From positions 6,262,001 through 6,326,000 of the forward strand of contig JBHGNT010000022.1 of NCBI GenBank assembly GCA_043228905.1: a stretch of 64,000 nucleotides of DNA. The letters run 5' to 3'. Both the position numbers and the translations under genes were made by a program. Position 1 is the stretch's first letter. Every line of letters starts with the position of its first letter. A model generated the notes under the pieces. That model saw nothing but the letters and a program-made list of their open reading frames with translations, was not told where the DNA came from and made no database searches. The stretch is from Azolla caroliniana (lineage: Eukaryota; Plantae; Polypodiophyta). Shown here piece by piece: positions 35,401 to 44,257 of the stretch.

Positions 35401-35935
35401 CCATCGGCTCCACTATCTTTGGATCAATGCATCCGATCTCCCTCGATGTGAACGCGAATGCTTTGCCATGTTGCTCCAACATCTCTCGAAACCGTTTTTC
35501 TTCTTCTTGTAAGAGGAACCCACCTCCACCGATCCGAAGTTTCTTCCGGGTCTCATCTGTGAAGGCATGTCCGATATCCACGGACTTCCGAAGTGTCGGA
35601 TCTCCCGAGACTTCTTTCTTCTTTTGTTCGCGATCGGCGGGTAGTGGTCCCGCGGCCGGTTTCACCTTCTTCTCCACGGTCTTGTATTTCGTACTTACCA
35701 TTGCTTCTTCTTTGCGGAGCGCATCCGGCCCCATTTTCGCAACGATCTCGTACATCTCGACCGATTCCACCGGGACTACCCGGTTCCCTTGGCTTTTATC
35801 TTCCGCAAGCTCTTCAAGCCGTTGTAGTGTATTCCCATAGAACACTTCCTCGATCACTCCCACGATTTCTTCGTCTTCTTTTATTATTGATGCCGACCGT
35901 AACTTATCCTCCACTTGTCGGTATTGTTTCTTCAT
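32468..35935 (-). CDS. F pol: RT, RNase H, integrase
   Basis: 1155-aa open frame with DLYSGYDQ, PFLDDI, VDTS, H-H-C-C zinc finger, KWMVDIV, YNPEANGKIERGH and WFGPY. Confidence 0.93.
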   Translation of the reverse strand: MKKQYRQVEDKLRSASIIKEDEEIVGVIEEVFYGNTLQRLEELAEDKSQGNRVVPVESVEMYEIVAKMGPDALRKEEAMVSTKYKTVEKKVKPAAGPLPADREQKKKEVSGDPTLRKSVDIGHAFTDETRKKLRIGGGGFLLQEEEKRFREMLEQHGKAFAFTSREIGCIDPKIVEPMVIFTIDHVPWNLKPIPVPRAHIPKVIDLLKEKVAMGILEPSSAPYSNRWFTVQKKNGSLRFIQDLQPVNKVTIRNSGVGPIVDEFAEAFAGRAIYSIGDLYSGYDQFQLAVESRDITTMRTPIGLVRMCTLPQGATNSVAHMMNAMNKVLRDCIPEITMPFLDDIPMKGCAVEEKDETMDDRGCRKFVVDHIHDCEKVLRKLEDVHLTLSGEKSAFGQEEILVVGHLCGPYDRRPSPTKIDAIQAMKEVCESTSEVRRFLGACAFYHIWIPHYAHIADPLYHLLRKGKKFEWKPEHTKAMRKLKKTLWRAESLKKPSYERPIIVTVDTSPTGIGWVINQADSDGSRYPIRFGAKVLNERQRGYAQVKRELWGVVSAIKSDRDYLIGAEVVIETDCLPILGMMRCCTIPDVAMLRWIAYVKSLNPEVRHISGKDNAVADMLSRARFEDDITESDNEEVSEDYFTSEHICRVNVIREFRGEEYEGETLMIGKMLQEVEDSTNDKERRAEIRRKKRQVRKFFLENGLIWRTPKRPDGIPLRVVGTKEQQNRIMFEFHESDWAGHRGTWATFVKIKQRYWWKNMYKDVAEFTESCEKCQVYTGVRHRDELHPTFSPTINFKWMVDIVAMPTGIGQKKYLVLAREDLTNQVEGRALRRKTCAAVCQFLLEEVFCRYGCVGQVIADRGELDSDKARGFFAKHGVRLTLTTAYNPEANGKIERGHSPIVKALAKACDGRVKDWPQMLPYALWADRTTHSSVTGYMPTELMTRQAPVMPTETAIATWTILPWKEEMSREELLAVRIRQLEGRPKDVAEASRRKQEARFRNKSRFNTKHRLRPRRIEEGDWVIVYDSSLDHQHTTMWKFAKRWFGPYEVRKVFDNGTYRLSELDGTILRVPIAGKRVKIFKKRTDDKPYVIQVKADNEEQSDEDHNDAGSEESGLQLIVDIRGESEEASDEDGYEESRTSAHTGGCAGLEGASVVV

Positions 35936-36069
35936 TCCTCCGGTTACGGCCGTGTACGTAGATGCCCCATCCGGGCCGATTCGTACTTGTTTTGCTCCGA
36001 GAGTTTTCTTCCTGTGTGGGGTATCAGGGCTTCTCGGACTATCACTTCCCTACTCCGCAACAGTCCGCT

Positions 36070-38109
36070 TTAAAAATCCATTCTCACTTGGGACAAGAGT
36101 TCCCTCTTGTTCCTTTCGTGATTTGCCGGCACCGTTAGGAATTGGACGGATTTCCCTCCGTTTTGGCTCCGAATTCGCGCAAAAGCCGCACCACTATCGA
36201 GCACCTTCGTCTCCATCCGTGAAGCCGTGATAAAGGGTTGGCCGAGGATGACAGAATGTGAAACCTCATCCTGCACAAAGAAATTTTGGTCAATTTCGAC
36301 ATCCCCGATCTTTACCGTCACATCCGGACAAGCCGCAAATAGGTCTTCTGTCGTTTTCGTGGCTGCCCGAATCTTCCATCCATGGTTGGTGTTTATAGGC
36401 CACTTCCCCTTTCGGTAGAACTCCTTGGACATCAAGTTGATCTCCGATCCGTGATCAATCAATGCTAGCACGGGTTCTTTGATGTTGCCGATTCGGACCG
36501 GAGTCTCCGTAGTCGCACGTGCCCAGTGTGGCCTTGTATAGTGGGAGTTCGGAATTTCGCCTTCCACTTCGGTGTCGTTCATTGAAACGGTATTTGCACT
36601 CACCCTTGGAGCATTTTCCTCCGTACTTTGTCTCTTCCTTTTCACGAGATCCACGAGAAGATCGTGAAACTCCTTCTTCGCTATTCCGAGTAGTTCCCGC
36701 AGCGAAAAATCTACCCGGCTATCCAAGATTCTTTCCTCGAACACTCTTTTCAAGTCAGTTTGTTGTTCTATGTCCGAGGCGAGCTTGAATGCCGGAGTCG
36801 CCTTTTCTTTTCCCTTACCTCCGGAGTTCCAGCTTTCCGGTATCTTCGATGGTCCGGCCGCATCCTCCGTGCGCCGTCGTTTCTCGTCCACATACACCTC
36901 ATGTAATTGACACAGGGCGTATATGCTATTCTTGTCGACAGGGCACTCCCATCCCGTAGCTTCCCGGATGCCTTCCGCGGTGTTTCGGATATCGTTGGAG
37001 TCGGTTTTCTCGGTGTTTCCTAGCACCTCCGGCCAGAAAGACGCCTTCGCTCCCGATGACTCCCCGACACATATTCCCGCGGTTGTCGCATAGTTGCTTC
37101 TTGCCGCTAACTCCTCCTCGAGCACCTTCTTCATGCCGCCTTTCCGGAAGTTCGGTCGGAGTGGCTTCCGAGAGTCCATCGAATGAATCCGGTTTCCCTC
37201 GTAGTAGATGAGATCCCGTCGTAGCGCCTCCTTATGGTCGTCGCAATCCCTCCGATCGTGTTCGGCGTTATCGCACCATATGCACCGTCGATCCGTATAT
37301 TTGGAGCTTGTGGGGCGGTCATCCGACTTCTTCACCATCGCGATCTTTAGATTCTCCATCTCCTTCAGCAGCTGCTCCACCGTAGATGCGTCGACTCCCT
37401 TCTCGGCCGTAATCTCCCGAGCCCTCGGTTGATGGTCTTCCAGTCCCGTTCTCGGTTTCGGAATCGGTTCCGAAACCCTCTTTTCTTCGTTGGCAAGCCA
37501 TTGCCCCCTCTTCGTGTACCGCGCGACGATATCCCGCACGCTTTCCCATGTTTCGGTGAGGCCGCTTTCGGTGGTCGTGTCCTCAAGAAGCACTCCGAAA
37601 TCTTTCCGGTCCCGGACGTCCACAGCTCGCAAAAACATGATGACTTTGTCCGGTGCAAGAATAGTTTGATCTCTCGCGGACAACCTCCCGAACCAACTTT
37701 CGAATGTCGAAAACACTTCGAGGACCTTCAGCCCCTTACCTGACGTTTCCACCCAATCCTCGAATCCCCTCCGCGTTGCCTTGGAGGAGTCCTCGATGGC
37801 AAACGTGGTCTTTAACGCCTCTTCGAATGCTTCCCACGTCGGATTTTGTTGTTGCAACCCGTGGATACTCCCTTGAAGCCCGTCGGTCGCCACCCGGTTA
37901 AAGGATGTCACTTGCAGTCCTTCCGAAGCCCGGCACCGGAGCATCTCCGCCTTGTAGTCCTGCAAATATCGCGACACATCCTTACCATTAAATTGCCCGT
38001 TGCGTTGCACGAGCCGCTCTACTGATGCCGAAATCTCCGACATCGTGCGTTGTTCTTGAAGCATCCGTTCGAACATCGCCATCATATTGTTAGCTTGTTG
38101 AGCCTCCAT
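36070..38109 (-). CDS. F gag-protease
   Basis: First ATG after the PBS is at 38109. Zinc knuckle CIWCDNAEHDRRDC, aspartic protease ALIDHGSEIN...ILGQPF; ends MDF*. Confidence 0.9.
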   Translation of the reverse strand: MEAQQANNMMAMFERMLQEQRTMSEISASVERLVQRNGQFNGKDVSRYLQDYKAEMLRCRASEGLQVTSFNRVATDGLQGSIHGLQQQNPTWEAFEEALKTTFAIEDSSKATRRGFEDWVETSGKGLKVLEVFSTFESWFGRLSARDQTILAPDKVIMFLRAVDVRDRKDFGVLLEDTTTESGLTETWESVRDIVARYTKRGQWLANEEKRVSEPIPKPRTGLEDHQPRAREITAEKGVDASTVEQLLKEMENLKIAMVKKSDDRPTSSKYTDRRCIWCDNAEHDRRDCDDHKEALRRDLIYYEGNRIHSMDSRKPLRPNFRKGGMKKVLEEELAARSNYATTAGICVGESSGAKASFWPEVLGNTEKTDSNDIRNTAEGIREATGWECPVDKNSIYALCQLHEVYVDEKRRRTEDAAGPSKIPESWNSGGKGKEKATPAFKLASDIEQQTDLKRVFEERILDSRVDFSLRELLGIAKKEFHDLLVDLVKRKRQSTEENAPRVSANTVSMNDTEVEGEIPNSHYTRPHWARATTETPVRIGNIKEPVLALIDHGSEINLMSKEFYRKGKWPINTNHGWKIRAATKTTEDLFAACPDVTVKIGDVEIDQNFFVQDEVSHSVILGQPFITASRMETKVLDSGAAFARIRSQNGGKSVQFLTVPANHERNKRELLSQVRMDF

Positions 38110-38125
38110 CTCCTTGCCACCCGTT

Positions 38126-38143
38126 TTCACGTCGGGTTCACCA
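38126..38143 (-). promoter_or_regulatory. PBS (tRNA-Trp) of F
   Basis: Plus strand TTCACGTCGGGTTCACCA equals a plant tRNA-Trp 3' end, 4 nt from the LTR. Confidence 0.88.
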
Positions 38144-38147
38144 ACTG

Positions 38148-38938
38148 TGTCGTGCCTTTCGGCTCCGGATCGTTGCGTGAGTCGGGTGGGAACCACAGAG
38201 GTCTTGGACTAGGAGAAAGAAGTTCGTGAGATAGAGATTAATTATGAGTAAATAGCAAAGAGAAAGATAAGAAACTCGTGAATCACACGAGTATACTATA
38301 TTAATTGGTACTTAGGGTGTTAAGAGAGAAGTAGATGTATAAATCGTGAATCCCACGAATAATTTTTGTATTGATTAATCCCCTAATCCAAATAATCAAC
38401 AACCCTTTATATATTTCTCTCCTCCTTATATAAGGAAGGAAGAGCTAAGCATGGCTTCATGCTTTTTTTTTTTTACAAAAAGTGTTCATGTCCACTAAAA
38501 GTGCATGTGATGCTTTTTTATTTCCTAAGTATAGGGCTCATGCACGCTAGATGTGCATGAGTTATTTTTAGTGTCTCGTGTTTTCTTTTTCATATATTAA
38601 AAAAAATACACGATTTACCTTTTAATAAAGGTATGCATAAATAAAGGTCTTATACGTATTAAATCTATATTTAAAACACTTAAGATAAGTTAATGTAATG
38701 GTAAGGTTGGGGTTTGTAAACGTGGAGGTGCAGAGTTCGAATCACGCCCTACGTAGTAGTGAGTATTTCCTTCTTCTTTTTTTACATTTATGTCTCTTTA
38801 TCCGGCTCTTCCTTGCCGGTATGCCGTTTTCCTCCTTGCCGGTATGCCGTTTTCTTCCGGTTCTCACCGAGCACTCCATTCTCTATCTGGAGGGACAAAA
38901 ATATAATTTCCACATAGTGTGCAACCTACACTACGACA
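38148..38938 (-). repeat. 5' LTR of F
   Basis: Matches 31690-32480. Confidence 0.95.
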
Positions 38939-39171
38939 CCGTCGGTAGCCACCCGGTTGAAGGATGTCACTTGCAGTCCTTCTAAAATCCCGCACCGTAG
39001 CATTTCCGCCTTGTAGTCCCGAAGATAGCGTGATACGTCCCTTCCGTTGAATTGCCCGATCCGTTGCACGAGCCGCTCTACTACCGCCGCTATCTCCAAC
39101 ATTGCACGTTGTTCCTGAAGCATCCGCTCGGACATCATCATCATGTTGTTAACCTCCGGTTGATTTTCCAT
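38939..39171 (-). pseudogene. D gag N-terminal part
   Basis: GQFNGRDVSRYLRDYKAEMLRC; homologous to the F gag start and rejoins 31689 across the TSD. Confidence 0.85.
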
Positions 39172-39187
39172 CTCCTTGCCACCCGTG

Positions 39188-39205
39188 TTCACGTCGGGTT
39201 CACCA
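39188..39205 (-). promoter_or_regulatory. PBS (tRNA-Trp) of D
   Basis: Plus strand TTCACGTCGGGTTCACCA, 4 nt from the LTR. Confidence 0.88.
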
Positions 39206-39209
39206 CTTG

Positions 39210-39997
39210 TGTCGTGCCTTTCGGCTCCGGATCGTTGCGTGAGTCGGGTGAGAACCGCTAGGGTTTTGGACTAGGAGGAAAGAAAATTCTAAGGCAATTA
39301 AGAATATGAAATATATTGTAATAAAGAAGGATATGAAAACCTCGTGAATCCCACGAGTATAGTGTATTAGTGAGTAATCAAATTAAGAGAGAATAGTTCG
39401 CAAATTCATGAATCCCACGATTATCTTATATTAATCAACCCTTGTAAAATAATCAACAACCTCTATACATCTTTCTCTCTTCCTTATATAGTGTTTGGAA
39501 ATGTCTAAGTTTATCACATGCAAGCATCATGCTTTTTCTATCTTTAGTTTTCATGCACACTGCATGTGCATGATTAGCTTTTTATCTCATCTTTTCTTTT
39601 AACTCGAGTGTCTATGCATGAATAACTTTTTGTACCATGCATCTCTAGAAATTTTACATGGGATAAAGTTTAGTATAACTTTAAAATTCATAATACGCTA
39701 GTATAATGATAAGGCTTAACATTATTAACATGGAGGTGCAGGGTTCGAATCTTGCCCTATGCATGTAATATATATTTTTTTTTATACTTTCTTCTATTTA
39801 CAAATATGTCTCTTCATCCGGTGAGAGACTCTCACCGGCCTTCTTCATCCAGCTCTTGCCGGGTCTCCTTACCGGTTTCGGTCCTTACCGGTTCCTTCTT
39901 CCGTTTTCTTTGTCCGGTTCTTACCGGGTACTCCATGTCCTATCCGGAGAGACCAAAAATGTAATTTTTCACGTAGTGTGTGAATTACACTACGACA
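39210..39997 (-). repeat. 5' LTR of D
   Basis: TGTCGTG...TACGACA; matches 5110-5479 + 25821-26287. Confidence 0.94.
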
Positions 39998-41892
39998 CCG
40001 GAATCCGCCGAACAAGAGATACAGGATGAAGATCGCCTTATGCGCATGTTCGAAGAAAGTCTGATCACGACCCGATTGAGTGGACCACAAGAGCCTTTGA
40101 GCGATTAAAGCACATCACGGCCTAGCCCGAAGATGGACAAAGGCAAGGCTAAAATGGCGGAATACGCAGACGATCGCTTCGATGACGATGAGTCAACTCA
40201 CTCACTCGACAGTGAGTTCGGCGGTTTCGATGTAACAATCGGAGCTAAGAAAGCCATCATCTTTGCAAATGAAAAGCTCTGTCGCTCCACCCGTGAAAAG
40301 AATCTGGTCAGCCGATTTGGCTACAATGACTACATGGCATATCACTATGCCTTTATGATGAAGGTGGCGACAGTATACGAGCCGAAAACATTTTCCGAAG
40401 CAGACAAGGATCCGCGATGGACAGAAGCCATGAATGAGGAGATGCAGGCACTACGCAAGAATGAGACGTGGGATCTCGTTTCCACCTCACCACACAAAAA
40501 GGCGATCGGATGCAGATGGATTTACAAAGTGAAGTACAACGCAGACGGTTCCGTCAACCGCTACAAAGCGCGACTCGTAGCGAAAGGCTATGCCCAAACG
40601 CACGGAGTTGACTACGAGGAGACCTTTGCCCCGGTGGCGAAAGGGTGGCACCTCCATCAAATGGACGTCAAGAACACCTTTCTACAAGGCGAATTAGAAG
40701 AGGAGGTGTACATGATACAACCACCCGGCTTCGAATCACGCATTCATCCAAAAGCCGTATGCCAACTCAAGAAGCCACTCTACGGCCTCAAGCAAGCACC
40801 GCGTGCTTGGCATTCGAAGATAACGCAATATCTTCATCAAATCGGCTTCCGTATGTCAAAATCTGACAACTCTCTCTACATACGAAGTGATTCCGCAAGT
40901 CCGATCGTCATCATTTTATATGTGGATGACCTAGTCATTGGAGGTGAGCATCTCGTTGAAATCAATAAAGTCAAATCCCTCCTTTTCGACAAGTTCGAGA
41001 TGATGGACATGAAGGAGCCCCACTACTTCCTCGGCATCGAGGTAATTCGGACTCCGGCCGGAATCATGATCTCTCAACGGCACTACATCCTCAACTTGTT
41101 ATACAAGTTCGGGATGGCTGAGTGCAAATCCATGGCAACCCCACTTGATCGCAATCTTAAACTAGATGCGAACCCCGGAACCAAAGCATGTGAGCTGACT
41201 CAGTATCGGCAACTCATCAGGAGTCTCATCACTCGACCTGATCTCAGTTATCCAGTCGGTCTCCTGAGCCAATTCATGCAAACACCGCAGATACTCACTT
41301 GGATTGCACTAAGCAAGTTATATGATACGTGAGCGGCACAATGGATTGCAGCATCCTCTACAAGACCGCGATGCCAATACGAGTCGAGGGGTACACATAC
41401 GCCGATTGGGCCGGATACAAAGCTGATAGAAGATCAACCTCCGGATTTGTTTTCTCCCTCGGTAACGGAGCAATATCCTGGAGCAGCAGAAAGCAACCAA
41501 CCGTCGCTCTTTCGAGCACCGAGGTGGAATACAGGGGCGTGGCAGTGGCCGCATGTGAAGCCGTATGGATAAAAAGGATACTCAAGGATCTGGGCGTACC
41601 CATCAAGGATCCGACTTTCCTTTACTGCAACAACATGAGCAGTATCTATCTGGCTTGGAACCCGGTGTTCCACGCGCGGATAAAGCACATCGAAGTGCAC
41701 TATCACTACATCCGCGAGCGCGTTCTAGCTGGCAATGTCGACCTACAACACATTAGCACCAATCTTCAAACGGACGACATCTTCAGTAAAGCCTTAGGAG
41801 CCGACAAGCTGTGGCGATTCATGACCGATCTCAGATTGAAGATCCCTGACATGCCAAGCTTGAGGGGGAGTACTGAAGACGCTATGCAATAA
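39998..41892 (+). pseudogene. Copia B RT-RNase H (internal deletions, frameshift)
   Basis: [54 protein letters not shown]. Confidence 0.92.
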
Positions 41893-42113
41893 CGCGTGGA
41901 TTACGCAACCACGCAACGAAGCTGCGAAGAGCCGATCTACCGCGCAAAGAAAGACGCAAGCCGAAGCGCAGACTTCACAACTACACACAACGCAAGCGGG
42001 AGCACGGATTCCGCAACTCCGCATAAATGTGAGTCGACGCGGACTCCGGAACGTGAGTCAAAGCGCATTTCGGATACCGTCTGAAACTGACCCAACTTGA
42101 GCTTGAGGGGGCG

Positions 42114-42492
42114 TGTTGAGAATCAAGCTCAACTTGGTCTAGTGTGTGAACTCACCTTGAGAGTGAATAGATACTCCAACGGTCAAGAGTCACCATTATG
42201 TCACCTCTTTGTATTTTAGCATTTAGTATGAGTCATAGAATCATATTCTATGACACATAACTTATGAGCTTTCACATTCCCCATGCTCCATGAGTCTTGT
42301 AGTTAACGAAGAGAGAGGGTGACTATATAAAGCACCCTCCTTCCACCTTGTATTTAGTTGAGTCTTTCTCCTTTCTAAATATACTTACCCTTGCGTATAC
42401 TCTGTGTTTCACTCCTTCTCTCTCTCTCTCTCTCATACACACACATACACACACCTATTCCGCTACACAAGAATCACCATTGATTCTTTACA
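42114..42492 (+). repeat. 3' LTR of Copia B (PPT-like GAGGGGGCG just upstream)
   Basis: Matches 2303-2706 and is followed by the TSD AAGCC. Confidence 0.95.
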
Positions 42493-44257
42493 AAGCCCCC
42501 CCGGAGATTTCTGGATGCAGAGCATGTGCTGCTGACCAACGAGGGGGAGACAGAAAGCTTTGAAGAAGCAATGAGGAACACCCATATCCGGAGGTGGTTG
42601 ATTGCCATGCAGGATGAAATGGATTCCCTACATGAGAATCACACATATGAATTGACGGAGTTGTTGAAATGAAAGAGAGTGCTCAGGAACAAGTAGGTGT
42701 ACAAGTTAAAACCGGCAGGCGCCGGAAGGGGTTTCAACAGAAGAAACAAGTGGATTTCGACGAGATCTTTGCCTCGGTAGTCAAGATGACATCCATCCAG
42801 ACCGTGTTGATCATAGCGACGAGCATGGACCTCGAGGTTGAACAACTCGATGTTAAGACGGTGTTTCTTCATGGATACCTTGGGGAGGAGATTTACATGG
42901 AGCAACCTGAGGGATTTGTTAAGAAAGGGAAGGAGAAGCTAGTGTGTCGGTTGAAGAAGAGCTTATACGAACTGAAGCAAGCTCCCTGCAATGGTATCGG
43001 AAGTTTGACTCTGTCAGGAATAGTACTAAGCAGAGATGGAATTAGTACTAAAGAAGAGCAGTACTATTACTACTAAGAGGACGGGACTGCGTAGGACTCC
43101 CAAGAGAGAGAGAAAGAGAGAAGATGATAACAACCAATATATTATGTGAAGGATAAGTACAAAATGGCTAAGAGGCTTAAGACTGGCGTTGAACCAATTT
43201 GGTTCAACATAATGCCTAGTGCCTTCTTTTATAGTGTTGTCAAGAGTAATCCTGAAACTTCTAGAATGTTCCAGAGAAATCTAGAATATACATTACTTTC
43301 TTATGATAAAATATAAATGAAAATAATATCCTATGAATTACAATAGATGGTGTGATGGTTAAGAGCTCGACCCATATACCATAAGGTTATGGGTTCGAGT
43401 CTTGCCATAGCATGACTGACCAAGGATACCACAAGACGCAAACTGACCACTGCATGTTCGTGAAGAATTTTGACAGAGGCGACTTCCTAATACTCGTGTT
43501 GTATGTGGATGACATGTTAATCGTCGGACCGGACCGAATCGAAATCGGGAATCTGAAGAAGGGCTTGAATTGGACCTTCTCAATGAAAGATCTAGGTCCA
43601 ACAAGACAGATATTGGGGATGCACACAGTCCGAGACCAAACGAAGAACCTATTGTGGCTGTCACAGGAGAAGTATGTGACGAAGGTGCTCCAAAGGTTCA
43701 ACATGTCGGATGTGAAGCCGGTCGGGTCTACATTTCCGGTAAACTGCAAGTTGTCCTAGAAATAAATCCCAAAGACAAAGACAGAGAAGTCAGAGATGAT
43801 GAAGGTACCATATGCCTCTGTCGTCGGAAGCATAATGTATGCAATGGTGTGTATCCGGCCGGACATATGTAGTCGGAGTGGTCAGCCGGTTCATGAGCAA
43901 TCCGGGAAGAGAGCATTGGGCCGCTAGACATGTTGGCTGATGTAGATACCAGTTAGTCCACGTTCGGATACATCATGAATTATGCGGGAGGAGCAATATC
44001 ATGGCAGTTAAGACTACAGAAATCAGTGGCATTGTCGACAATGGAAACGGAATACATGGCGGCACTAGAAGCCGACAAGGAAGTAATCTGGATGAAGGAC
44101 TTCATCGGAGAGGTAGAGATCCAACAGAAGGAATATCGACTGTATTGCGAGAGTCAAACTACCATCCACTTGCGAGGAGCACAACATACCACTCCCGGAC
44201 TAAGCACATCCAGAGGAGATATCATTGGCTTCGAGAGAAGGTAGAAGATAAAGAGTT
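42493..44257 (+). mobile_element. Tork-like Copia relic (RT/RNase H); host of B; its left piece is 2286-2302
   Basis: Joined flanks AGAGAGAAAGCC|CCCCGGAGATTTC match H at 15550-15580. Degenerate DVKT, LYVDDML and ALSTMETEY motifs. Confidence 0.85.
43012..43416 (-). repeat. Solo-LTR-like insertion (unrelated family)
   Basis: Starts TGTCA within the RT coding region, AT-rich, reverse TATA at ~43226-43234. The right end merges with the host at CATGAC, with no second TSD copy. Confidence 0.6.

Larger units (their letters stand above)
31690..38938 (-). mobile_element. Ty3/Gypsy element F (same family as D), near-intact
   Basis: 791-bp LTRs at 31690-32480 and 38148-38938 (about 6 differences). 4-bp TSD CCGT (31686-31689, 38939-38942). 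Trp PBS, PPT at 32481-32492, and two long ORFs. Confidence 0.96.
5110..39997 (-). mobile_element. Ty3/Gypsy element D (non-chromovirus, possibly Phygy-like), degenerate pol
   Basis: LTRs TGTCGTG...TACGACA at 5110-26287 (split by the LINE) and 39210-39997. 4-bp TSD CTGG/CCGG (one C>T). tRNA-Trp PBS at 39188-39205, PPT at 26288-26300, gag-PR and RT-RH-INT on the minus strand. Lineage name is tentative. Confidence 0.92.
2303..42492 (+). mobile_element. Copia LTR retrotransposon B (degenerate; contains D, LINE, E, H, F)
   Basis: Paired TG..CA LTRs 2303-2706 and 42114-42492. 5-bp TSD AAGCC (2298-2302, 42493-42497). Met-i PBS, PPT, and gag-PR-INT-RT-RH order. Confidence 0.95.

Noticed and set aside
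38110-38196. N-terminal extension MVPTRLTQRSGAERHD of the gag ORFs (also 31690-31738; similar LTR-derived ends on ORFs 6816-7931, 17772-20894, 52589-55834)
   Set aside because: These residues are read from LTR/PBS sequence via non-ATG starts or insertion junctions.
39692-39770. Functional tRNA gene (also 25902-25980, 32225-32300, 38685-38760, 43340-43415)
   Set aside because: A/B-box-like motifs are present but acceptor, D and anticodon stems do not pair convincingly; kept only as tRNA-derived motifs.
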